A program made the position numbers and the translations under genes. Below, piece after piece: positions 1 through 7,450 of a stretch of DNA of 64,000 nt. Each line of letters begins with the position of its first letter. Position 1 is the stretch's first letter. A model generated the notes under the pieces. It had not been told where the DNA came from. It made no database searches and saw nothing but the letters and a program-made list of their open reading frames with translations. Origin of the DNA: an uncultured Eubacteriales bacterium (lineage in GTDB: Bacteria; Bacillota; Clostridia; Christensenellales; CAG-917); the NCBI GenBank assembly GCA_900548005.1, contig URIZ01000002.1, forward strand, positions 13,488 through 77,487, in the 5' to 3' direction.

Positions 1-1
1 C

Positions 2-550
2 AAGAAAGCGTGCAAATTTTCTGCGGCAAGACTTGCAATCACGCTCCCCATTGACGTGTTGTTCTTTGCGATCGTGGCAAGCATACTCTTTGGGCTTTTC
101 CCGCACGTGGGCTTCTTTGTGATCCCCATATTGCTTGTCATCGGAGTGCTGATTTGCTCGCTTAGATCACTGCTTTTTGCGGGTTGGTTGCCAAGAATGT
201 TGTTCCACCCGGAAGAGAAGGTCTACACAAGTTTCACTCGTTCGCTGACCTATGTAAAATCCAATATGGGTGGTCTTTTCAAGTCCTACGTCGTCACTTA
301 CACAATCGTGTATTTGTTCGGCACTGTGTTTTCAATTCCCACCGGCGGACTTATGCCCATTGTGATGCCCGCGCTCTACTACATCATGCTCCGCGCAATC
401 GAGCTTGTGGGATACTACAAGACGAAAGGTTTGAGTTTCTACACGGACGCAACCAACGTCATCAACACGGTTGAGTTCGGATATAGAACGGAGCAACAAC
501 TTCAAAGCGTTGAAGAATACAATCAAGAAAAAGAAGAAAACGATTTGTGA
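2..550 (+). CDS. hypothetical multi-pass membrane protein (possibly 5'-truncated by the window edge)
   Basis: ORF 56..550 has several hydrophobic segments (FAIVASILFGLF, FFVIPILLVIGVLI, IVYLFGTVFSIP). The same frame has no stop back to position 2. No family recognised. Confidence 0.4.
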   Translation, partial: KKACKFSAARLAITLPIDVLFFAIVASILFGLFPHVGFFVIPILLVIGVLICSLRSLLFAGWLPRMLFHPEEKVYTSFTRSLTYVKSNMGGLFKSYVVTYTIVYLFGTVFSIPTGGLMPIVMPALYYIMLRAIELVGYYKTKGLSFYTDATNVINTVEFGYRTEQQLQSVEEYNQEKEENDL

Positions 551-611
551 GCGTCCGCGTGCTGTCGCAACTGCGATAAGCCGCTTAGAACGCCGAAAAT
601 AAGGTGAATGT

Positions 612-1091
612 ATGAAGATCAGAATGAATTTCGGAGTGGTCAAAACAATTCTTTTGGCAGTCGTCACGCTGGGGGCACTAGCGATTGTCGGGCTTGATAT
701 TGCCATGCTTGCAGGCGCAAACGGCGTGTACACCGACTCTCCTGCAATCGCAATCGTTTCGCTCGTTGCGGCAACGCTCATTGCGCTTGCGGCTTTGCTT
801 GTGCTTTTCAACAGCGCGTACCGCTTCAAAAACGATCGCCTTGTGGCAACACTCGGATTTTTCGTTGACAAAATCAAGTATGATGACGTGATTTGCATCA
901 AGCAAAATTCCGAAACTCGTGAGATATACCTTCTTTGCAACGGACAAAAGGAAAGTGACGGAGAAGTGAGTTTCAAGATCAACGTGTCCACAAAGCGCGT
1001 TGACGATTTCATCAAAGGCATGCGCGAGCATATCGGTGACGTCATCGTTGAAGTGTTCACGCCCGAAAAGAAAGACAAAAAGAAAAAATAA
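612..1091 (+). CDS. hypothetical membrane protein (two N-terminal TM helices, soluble C-terminal domain, KKDKKKK tail)
   Basis: ATG ORF preceded by AAGGTGAA. TM segments are ILLAVVTLGALAIVGL and IAIVSLVAATLIALAALLVLF. No family recognised. Confidence 0.45.
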   Translation: MKIRMNFGVVKTILLAVVTLGALAIVGLDIAMLAGANGVYTDSPAIAIVSLVAATLIALAALLVLFNSAYRFKNDRLVATLGFFVDKIKYDDVICIKQNSETREIYLLCNGQKESDGEVSFKINVSTKRVDDFIKGMREHIGDVIVEVFTPEKKDKKKK

Positions 1092-1144
1092 GTCGCAAAC
1101 AGTCCGCCTGTCGCATATTTTGTAAGGCGCGTGCGAGCGTTCGC

Positions 1145-2179
1145 TTGCAAATCTGCGCTCGGGGGCGGAATATAGAACTGCAAATGGTCGTTGACACCGA
1201 CAGGGTGCGGCGCAACGTTGAAAATATCAAAAGCAAACTGCATGCAAAACTCATGCTTATGGTCAAGGCAAACGCCTACGGACACGGGCTTTTGCAAGTG
1301 GCAGGCGCAACGCAAGATCTTGTGGACGCTTTCGGCGTTGCAACGATCGAAGAAGCCAAGGCTTTGCAAGATAGCGGAGTGACAAAGGATATTCTTGTCC
1401 TTCTTGCTCAACCGAACGAGTTATGCGACGTGTGCAAGCGCGGTTTTTTGCTCTCGCTGCATTGCAAAGAGCAACTTCAAGAGTTGTTGCGGCTTGCAAG
1501 AGTTGGTTTTGTAGATCCCAAAAGCGTGCGATTGCATCTTAAAGTTGACAGCGGTATGCACCGTTTCGGCTTTGAGAAGTGCAAAATCGATGAGATATGC
1601 CGCACGCTCAAAGACTACGGCTTTCACGCCGAAGGCGTGTTTTCGCACCTAAGGGACGGATCGGCATCGCAAAAAGCCTTGTTTGACGAGTGCGTGGAGA
1701 TTGTAAAAAGCAGTTTTCCAAACGTGATAGCTCATCTTGCGTCAAGTCATTCGTTTGAAAAGGACGGCTTGCAATACGATATGGTGCGAGTTGGGCTTTA
1801 CGCGTATAAAGGCGCGATGAGCGTTATATCCGAAGTGGTGGACGCAAGGTTTGTCAGGCGCGGCGAGATTGTCGGCTATGGCGGAAGTCCGCTTGAAAGT
1901 GACACCAACGTTGCGTTCGTTTTTGGCGGATATGCGGACGGAATATGCCGCGAAAGTCCGCACGGAGCGTGGATTGGCGGCAATTATTGCAAGGCTGTCG
2001 GCATAGCGTGTATGGACGTTTTTGCCGTTGATACTCAAGATTATATTGCCAAAATCGGCGAAAAAGTCACGCTTTTTGACGGTGAAACCGCCTTGGTAGC
2101 GGCAAACGAGAGAAAAACCGTCGAATATTGCGTGTACACGGCTTTTTCAAGGTCAAGGAGCGTATGCAAAAAGATATAG
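1145..2179 (+). CDS. alr: alanine racemase
   Basis: PLP-lysine motif VKANAYGHG and overall alanine racemase-like sequence. Start is either TTG 1145 or ATG 1184. The 3' end overlaps the next gene. Confidence 0.85.
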   Translation: MQICARGRNIELQMVVDTDRVRRNVENIKSKLHAKLMLMVKANAYGHGLLQVAGATQDLVDAFGVATIEEAKALQDSGVTKDILVLLAQPNELCDVCKRGFLLSLHCKEQLQELLRLARVGFVDPKSVRLHLKVDSGMHRFGFEKCKIDEICRTLKDYGFHAEGVFSHLRDGSASQKALFDECVEIVKSSFPNVIAHLASSHSFEKDGLQYDMVRVGLYAYKGAMSVISEVVDARFVRRGEIVGYGGSPLESDTNVAFVFGGYADGICRESPHGAWIGGNYCKAVGIACMDVFAVDTQDYIAKIGEKVTLFDGETALVAANERKTVEYCVYTAFSRSRSVCKKI

Positions 2180-2739
2180 CGAGAAAAACCGCAAGAGCGA
2201 GAATAAAAGCTATGCCCGCACAACAAAAAGAGTGGGCAAGCGGAGCAATCGCGGACGCGCTTAGCGGCATAGAAGAATACACTCGCGCGCACAAAGTTTT
2301 TGTGTATCTGGGCACCGAATGCGAGCCGGACACGCAAGAGATCGTGGGGCTTGCGCTTATGCTCGAAAAGGTGGTTTGCGTGCCGAGAGTGCACGGCGAC
2401 ACTATGAAATCGATTGTCATCTCGCCATTTTCGAACTTCAAGACGAACAGGTGGGGTATTCTCGAACCTGTCGGCTCGCACGCAATCGACGATATAGACG
2501 TTGCCATCGTGCCGATGGTCGCTTTTGACGGATTGAAGCGGTTAGGTCACGGAAAAGGGTATTATGACAGATATCTTGCAACTCATCCGTGCTACACCAT
2601 AGGGCTTGCTTTTGACTGTCAAAACGTCAAGGATTTGGAAACGCTCTCCCACGACGTGCCGCTTGACATGATCGTCACCGAAAAGAGAATAATCACTGTT
2701 GACGGAGAAAAAATCAATCCGTTCGGAGAAGAAATATGA
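2164..2739 (+). CDS. 5-formyltetrahydrofolate cyclo-ligase
   Basis: Motif GHGKGYYDRYL and a size of about 190 aa. ATG 2164 lies inside the longer ORF 2128..2739. Overlaps alr upstream and rsmD downstream (ATGA). Confidence 0.8.
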   Translation: MQKDIARKTARARIKAMPAQQKEWASGAIADALSGIEEYTRAHKVFVYLGTECEPDTQEIVGLALMLEKVVCVPRVHGDTMKSIVISPFSNFKTNRWGILEPVGSHAIDDIDVAIVPMVAFDGLKRLGHGKGYYDRYLATHPCYTIGLAFDCQNVKDLETLSHDVPLDMIVTEKRIITVDGEKINPFGEEI

Positions 2740-3749
2740 GAGTTGTTGCGGGAAAATACCGCGGAAAAAATTTGGTCGCGCCCAAGGACGACAGCGTTCG
2801 TCCCACCACCACGCGCATAAAAGAAACGCTTTTCAACGTCTTGCAATGTTGGGTGTCGGGTGCAAGCGTGCTTGACTTGTTTGCAGGGTGCGGATCGCTC
2901 GGCATAGAGTGCATATCGCGCGGAGCAAAAGACGTGACTTTTGTGGACAGAAGCAAGGATTCCGTGTCCTTTGTGTATCAAAATCTCAAGGGAGTGGACG
3001 GCGAGTATAGGGTTGTCAATGCGGATTTTGCATCCGTTCTTCGTTCAAGCTACGTCAGCGGCAAGAAATACGACTTGATTTTTCTCGATCCGCCGTATGC
3101 AACAATGCTCGGCGAGCTTGCAATCGACCTTATCGTCGAGCTCGATTTGCTCAGTGAAGACGGCATAATCGTGTTTGAGCACGGCTCGGAAAAGACGTAT
3201 CGAATGAAAGCGGCGGGCTTTAAGCAACGCACAAAAAAAATGGGCACGATAACCGCCGAGTTTATATCGAGAAAGAGCGTTGCGCTCATGGCTGGCAGTT
3301 TCGATCCGTTCACCAAAGGACACGAAAGCGTGCTTGACGAAGCTCTTGCAAAATACGACGAAGTGTGGGTTGCGTGCCTAGTCAATCCCGACAAAAAGTA
3401 TACGTTCACGCCTGCGCAACGTCTTGCCATCGTCCAAGCGGTGTGCGAGTTCAGAAAGGGCGCGCATGCTCTGTATTCCGAAAAATACTGCGTGGAAGTG
3501 GCAAAAGAAGTGGGCGCGACAGTGCTTGTGCGCGGAGTTCGTGACGCAAAAGACATACCCTATGAAGAAGATATGGCAAGATACAACAAAGACCACGGCG
3601 GTCTTGACACCGAGTTTATCTCGCCCACGGGCTTTGAAGAAATCAGCTCGACGCTTGTGAGAGAGCAGATTGCAAAAGGCGACTATCGCAATATGCCTGC
3701 TTGCGCCGTGGCTCTTCTTCAATCAAAAGAATTTGCCGATTTGAAATAG
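2736..3749 (+). CDS. rsmD-coaD: in-frame fusion of 16S rRNA m2G966 methyltransferase RsmD and phosphopantetheine adenylyltransferase CoaD
   Basis: The N-terminal half has the RsmD motifs DLFAGCGSLGIE and FLDPPY. From about residue 185 come the CoaD motifs GSFDPFTKGH and ISSTLVRE. There is no stop between the halves, and an internal ATG at 3288 precedes the CoaD part. Confidence 0.85.
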   Translation: MRVVAGKYRGKNLVAPKDDSVRPTTTRIKETLFNVLQCWVSGASVLDLFAGCGSLGIECISRGAKDVTFVDRSKDSVSFVYQNLKGVDGEYRVVNADFASVLRSSYVSGKKYDLIFLDPPYATMLGELAIDLIVELDLLSEDGIIVFEHGSEKTYRMKAAGFKQRTKKMGTITAEFISRKSVALMAGSFDPFTKGHESVLDEALAKYDEVWVACLVNPDKKYTFTPAQRLAIVQAVCEFRKGAHALYSEKYCVEVAKEVGATVLVRGVRDAKDIPYEEDMARYNKDHGGLDTEFISPTGFEEISSTLVREQIAKGDYRNMPACAVALLQSKEFADLK

Positions 3750-3821
3750 TCGCACGAATTATAGTCGCAGCGGTTGAAACAGTCGCACTATTTATAGTCG
3801 TACGATTTGAAACAGTAGCAC
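3738..3821. repeat. three tandem ~33-bp repeats (core GRTTTGAAAYAGTMGCAC alternating with TTATAGTCGYA)
   Basis: Cores at 3738-3755, 3772-3788 and 3804-3821. The first overlaps the coaD stop codon. The array lies upstream of the 3880 gene. Confidence 0.8.
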
Positions 3822-3879
3822 AAAAAACAATAGCGCGCACGCGCGTATAACAATAATACTCACAAAAGGGGACGCAAAT

Positions 3880-4326
3880 ATGGAAACAATCGATATGCTC
3901 ATCAACGAAATCGAAAGCGAAGTGCTCAAAGCCAAAAAAGCAGCGTTCAGCAACACCGATATCGTCATCAACAAAGCGGTTTTGCTCGACCTAATTTCAA
4001 GATTCAGAGCAAGCTATCCGCTCGTTTTGCGCGAGGCAACCCAAATCAAGAAGGATAGGGACGACATAATCCAAAAAGCCGAAAATTATGCCAACGAAAC
4101 TATGGACAAGGCCGAAGAACAGGCAAAACAACTCATGACCGAGACCGAAGTTTTCAAGCGCGCAAAAGCCGAGGCAGAGGCGATGCAACACGAGGCGGAA
4201 GAGAACTATCGCAAGATGGACTATGACGCCCGCTCGCTTGCTTTCAACATTCTCGACACGGCAGAGAAATCTCTCAAAGAGAGCCTCAACGTCATCAATT
4301 CCAACAAACGCAAGCTGGTTGAATGA
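3880..4326 (+). CDS. hypothetical coiled-coil protein (charged, alpha-helical)
   Basis: ATG ORF with AAAGGGGA 8 nt upstream. E/K/A-rich heptad-like sequence (KAEEQAKQLMTETEVFKRAKAEAEAMQHEAEE). No enzymatic motif. Confidence 0.55.
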   Translation: METIDMLINEIESEVLKAKKAAFSNTDIVINKAVLLDLISRFRASYPLVLREATQIKKDRDDIIQKAENYANETMDKAEEQAKQLMTETEVFKRAKAEAEAMQHEAEENYRKMDYDARSLAFNILDTAEKSLKESLNVINSNKRKLVE

Positions 4327-4327
4327 T

Positions 4328-5263
4328 ATGAAAATCGTTGTTCTTGACGGATACGCCGCAAAAGGCGAAGATCTTGATTTTGACTTTCTTTCGGCATACG
4401 GCGAAGTGGACTATTTTGACCGCACTTCGCCCGAAGACGTGCTTGACAGAATTGTCGATGCAGACGTTGTCCTTCTCAACAAAGTCGCTCTCACGCGCGA
4501 TATTTTGAGAGAGTGCAAGCGGCTCAAATTGGTGTCCGTTCTTGCAACGGGCTACAACGTCGTGGACGTAAAAGCCGCAAGAGAGCTTGGCATAACCGTG
4601 TGCAACGTGCCCTATTACAGCACGGCAAGCGTTGCTCAGCTCACTTTTGCCTTCATCTTGCATTTTGCGTCAAAAATCTCGCAGCATAATCAATCAGTCC
4701 ACAACGGAGATTGGCAAAATTCGCAAGATTTTTCATACACTGTCGGCACTTTGCACGAGTTGTATGGCAAAACGCTGGGCATAATCGGGTATGGTAGCAT
4801 CGGCAAGAGAGTGGGGCAAATCGCAAAATCGTTTGGCATGAACTTGCTCATACACAATCGCACGCCTTTTGAAGGCAGCGTGTCAAGAGAAGAAGTATTC
4901 AAAAACGCAGATTTTGTCACTTTGCATTGTCCGCTCAACGACCAATCGAAACTTATGATAAACGAGAAGTCTCTTGCGCTTTTCAAGCCGACAGCCTATC
5001 TTATCAACACTGCTCGCGGCGGACTTGTAGACGAAGCCGCGCTTGCTGCCGCCTTGAATGACGGACGTATTGCAGGTGCAGGGCTTGATGTATTGTGTCA
5101 AGAGCCCCCAACGGCAGACAATCCGTTGCTTTCGGCAAAGAATTGCGTCATCACGCCGCATATCGCTTGGGCAAGTTATGAATCGAGAGTGCGACTGTTG
5201 CATGCAACCGACGACAACGTCCGCGCCTATTTGCAAAACAACCCCATAAACGTTGTAAATTAA
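4328..5263 (+). CDS. D-isomer-specific 2-hydroxyacid dehydrogenase (glycerate/hydroxypyruvate reductase-like)
   Basis: NAD fold GIIGYGSIGKRVG. Catalytic context TARGGLVDEAAL and PHIAWAS. The start MKIVVLDG at ATG 4328 is chosen over the longer ORF from 4223, which overlaps the previous gene. Confidence 0.85.
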   Translation: MKIVVLDGYAAKGEDLDFDFLSAYGEVDYFDRTSPEDVLDRIVDADVVLLNKVALTRDILRECKRLKLVSVLATGYNVVDVKAARELGITVCNVPYYSTASVAQLTFAFILHFASKISQHNQSVHNGDWQNSQDFSYTVGTLHELYGKTLGIIGYGSIGKRVGQIAKSFGMNLLIHNRTPFEGSVSREEVFKNADFVTLHCPLNDQSKLMINEKSLALFKPTAYLINTARGGLVDEAALAAALNDGRIAGAGLDVLCQEPPTADNPLLSAKNCVITPHIAWASYESRVRLLHATDDNVRAYLQNNPINVVN

Positions 5264-5286
5264 AAAGCACGCATTGCGTGCTTTTT
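5262..5286 (+). terminator. rho-independent terminator after the dehydrogenase gene
   Basis: AAAAAGCACGC-ATT-GCGTGCTTTTT hairpin plus T-run. Confidence 0.75.
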
Positions 5287-5296
5287 GTAATACAAT

Positions 5297-5328
5297 AAAA
5301 AACACCGCGAGAGTTTTCGCGGTGTTTT
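5297..5328 (-). terminator. terminator for mgtC (bidirectional-looking)
   Basis: AAAAAACACCGCGAGAGTTTTCGCGGTGTTTT: GC-rich stem flanked by A- and T-runs. Confidence 0.7.
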
Positions 5329-5351
5329 GGTATGGTTATAAAATTTGTCAA

Positions 5352-6056
5352 TCAGTCGTCCACACGCTCGATGCTCATAACGTGAGAAGGGAAGGCGCGT
5401 ATCACGTCATTGAGTTTTGCCACGGAAAATTCGTCCGTGGTGGAAACTTCGACGTTTGCAATCATCTTGCCGTCCGCTTGCTTGACTTTGTAGGACGAGA
5501 TCTTCTTTGAGCCGAGTTTGTCGGTGATTTTGTCAAGAATATCGTCCGTTTCAAGCCAAATGAGCATCCTGATCACCGAGATGTGACGTGTGGTGAATGC
5601 TTTGACGGGAAGGTGGAAGACAAGCTGCAACACAACAATGATTGCCGTTGCGCACACGCCCGTGACCACAAATCCTGCGCCGAGAGCCATGCCGATTGCC
5701 GCCGTTGCCCACACGCCTGCCGCGGTGGTGAGCCCGTGCATGACGTCACGTCTGTACATGATGATGCCTGCGCCCAAAAAGCCTATGCCGGTGACAACTT
5801 GCGATGCGATACGCGTTGCGTCTGCGGCAATAGAGCCTTCTTTCAAGTCGGAAAAGAGCGGTTGAGCGAGATATTTTGACAATATCATAAAAAGGCAAGC
5901 GGCAAGACACACGATTGCGTGAGTTCTGATGCCCGCTTCCTTGCTTCGAGATTTTCTTTCCAAACCGATGACGAAACCGCACACTACGGCGATGAGCATC
6001 CTGACAATGAAATGCCACACGTCCGCTGTCCAGTCCACTACAGCCCAAGAGTTCAT
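5352..6056 (-). CDS. mgtC: MgtC/SapB family membrane protein
   Basis: N-terminal multi-TM region with GIRTHAIVCLAACLFMIL and GFLGAGIIM, typical of MgtC, plus a soluble C-terminal ACT-like domain. Confidence 0.8.
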   Translation of the reverse strand: MNSWAVVDWTADVWHFIVRMLIAVVCGFVIGLERKSRSKEAGIRTHAIVCLAACLFMILSKYLAQPLFSDLKEGSIAADATRIASQVVTGIGFLGAGIIMYRRDVMHGLTTAAGVWATAAIGMALGAGFVVTGVCATAIIVVLQLVFHLPVKAFTTRHISVIRMLIWLETDDILDKITDKLGSKKISSYKVKQADGKMIANVEVSTTDEFSVAKLNDVIRAFPSHVMSIERVDD

Positions 6057-6233
6057 AAAAAGTCCTTTTGCACGCGTATACGTACATAAAATATCTTTTA
6101 CTTTATTATATTATACATTATGTCAAATGTCAATGCTAATATTACATGGTTGCTTACGCCGCGTTAGAATATCGAAAAACCTACGTATTTCTCGTGAATT
6201 CGAGCATTTGCGTTTTCAAAAATCCGTATTTGC

Positions 6234-6262
6234 TTGCAATCGCGCAAAGCAAGCGGTATAAT
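6234..6262 (+). promoter_or_regulatory. sigma-A-type promoter for folD
   Basis: TTGCAA, 17-nt spacer, TATAAT, about 28 nt upstream of the folD ATG. Confidence 0.6.
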
Positions 6263-6289
6263 GGTTTTATCAAGATTTCGGAGTTAAAT

Positions 6290-7144
6290 ATGCAAATCAT
6301 TGACGGAAAACTCGTGGCGCAACAAACGCGTGAAAAGATAAAAGCCGAGGCTTTGAAACTTCAACAAGAGACGGGCATGCAAATCGGTTTGGCTGTGATT
6401 TTGGTTGGGGACGATCCCGCATCGCAAGTGTACGTGCGCAACAAAATCAAGGCTTGCGACGAAGTGGGTATCAAGTCGTTTTTGTGCAAATTGCCGCAAA
6501 ACAGCACTTTTGACGAGGTGGCTGGCACGATAAGCTATCTCAACGAAAACATTGACGTAAACGGCATGATTTTGCAGTTGCCGCTTCCAAAACATCTTGA
6601 CGAAACCGCGCTTATCGACCTTATTTGTCCTGAAAAAGACGTGGACGGATGCACTTTCACGCAAAAAGGCAAGTTGTGGACGGGCAGAGATAGCCTTGTG
6701 GCTTGCACTCCGCTTGGCGTGATAAGACTGCTGGAGCATTACGAGATAGATTTGCAAGGCAAAAACGCGGTTGTCATCGGAAGATCAAATCTTGTGGGCA
6801 AACCGCTTGCGCAGCTGTTGCTTGACAAAAATTGCACGGTGACGGTGTGTCACTCTCGCACGCAAAACCTTGCCGAAATCACAAAAAAAGCGGACATTTT
6901 GTGCGTTGCCATAGGCAAAGCGAAGTTTTTGAAGGAAGATATGGTCAAAGACGGCGCAGTGGTGATTGACGTCGGTATGGACAGAGATGAGATGGGAAAA
7001 CTGTGCGGTGACGTTGATTTTGCCGCCGTTTCGCCAAAATGCTCGTATATAACGCCTGTTCCGGGCGGCGTCGGACCTATGACGGTGACGATGCTGATTG
7101 AAAACACGCTCAAAGCGTTCAAGCAGCAAAACGACCTAAAATAA
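6290..7144 (+). CDS. folD: bifunctional methylenetetrahydrofolate dehydrogenase/methenyl-THF cyclohydrolase
   Basis: MQIIDGK start, GRSNLVGKPLA and PVPGGVGPMT motifs. ATG 6290 has GGAG upstream. The longer ORF from 6146 is unlikely. Confidence 0.9.
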   Translation: MQIIDGKLVAQQTREKIKAEALKLQQETGMQIGLAVILVGDDPASQVYVRNKIKACDEVGIKSFLCKLPQNSTFDEVAGTISYLNENIDVNGMILQLPLPKHLDETALIDLICPEKDVDGCTFTQKGKLWTGRDSLVACTPLGVIRLLEHYEIDLQGKNAVVIGRSNLVGKPLAQLLLDKNCTVTVCHSRTQNLAEITKKADILCVAIGKAKFLKEDMVKDGAVVIDVGMDRDEMGKLCGDVDFAAVSPKCSYITPVPGGVGPMTVTMLIENTLKAFKQQNDLK

Positions 7145-7183
7145 GGTGCAATCACAAACACGATTATATCGCGTGTATATCAC

Positions 7184-7213
7184 AAAAATGCGCTCATCAA
7201 CGAGCGTTTTTTT
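7184..7213 (+). terminator. terminator after folD
   Basis: CGCTC-ATCAAC-GAGCG hairpin followed by TTTTTTT. Confidence 0.6.
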
Positions 7214-7450
7214 GTTGTCGAAAACTGACGCGAATTAACTTTTTCTGACATCTAACCCTTTTAATTTGGCAAAAGCAATTTTTCATTTGATTTGAGAATA
7301 TTAAAATCGGTTTTGGAATATATACTATATCGCTTTTGAGTATAAATTATCGTTTGTTTTGCGTGAAAATTGATTCTTGCGCGCGACTAATATGTATGAT
7401 ACAATCTTTTTATACAAAATAGTGCGATTTTTCGCTGTGTACGGAGAATT

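Noticed and set aside
332-1411. 359-aa ORF on the minus strand
   Set aside because: It runs antisense across two plus-strand ORFs and the start of alr. It has low-complexity, Ser/Thr/Arg-rich composition and no motif. It is a shadow ORF of the real genes.
6057-6289. Possible THF riboswitch upstream of folD (CGCGTTAGAA resembles the CGCGUUAAG box) or M-box upstream of mgtC
   Set aside because: The other conserved THF elements (GAGUAG, GGGAUG/CAUCC pseudoknot partners) are absent. The folD promoter leaves only a ~28-nt leader. The mgtC leader is about 60 nt, far too short for an M-box.
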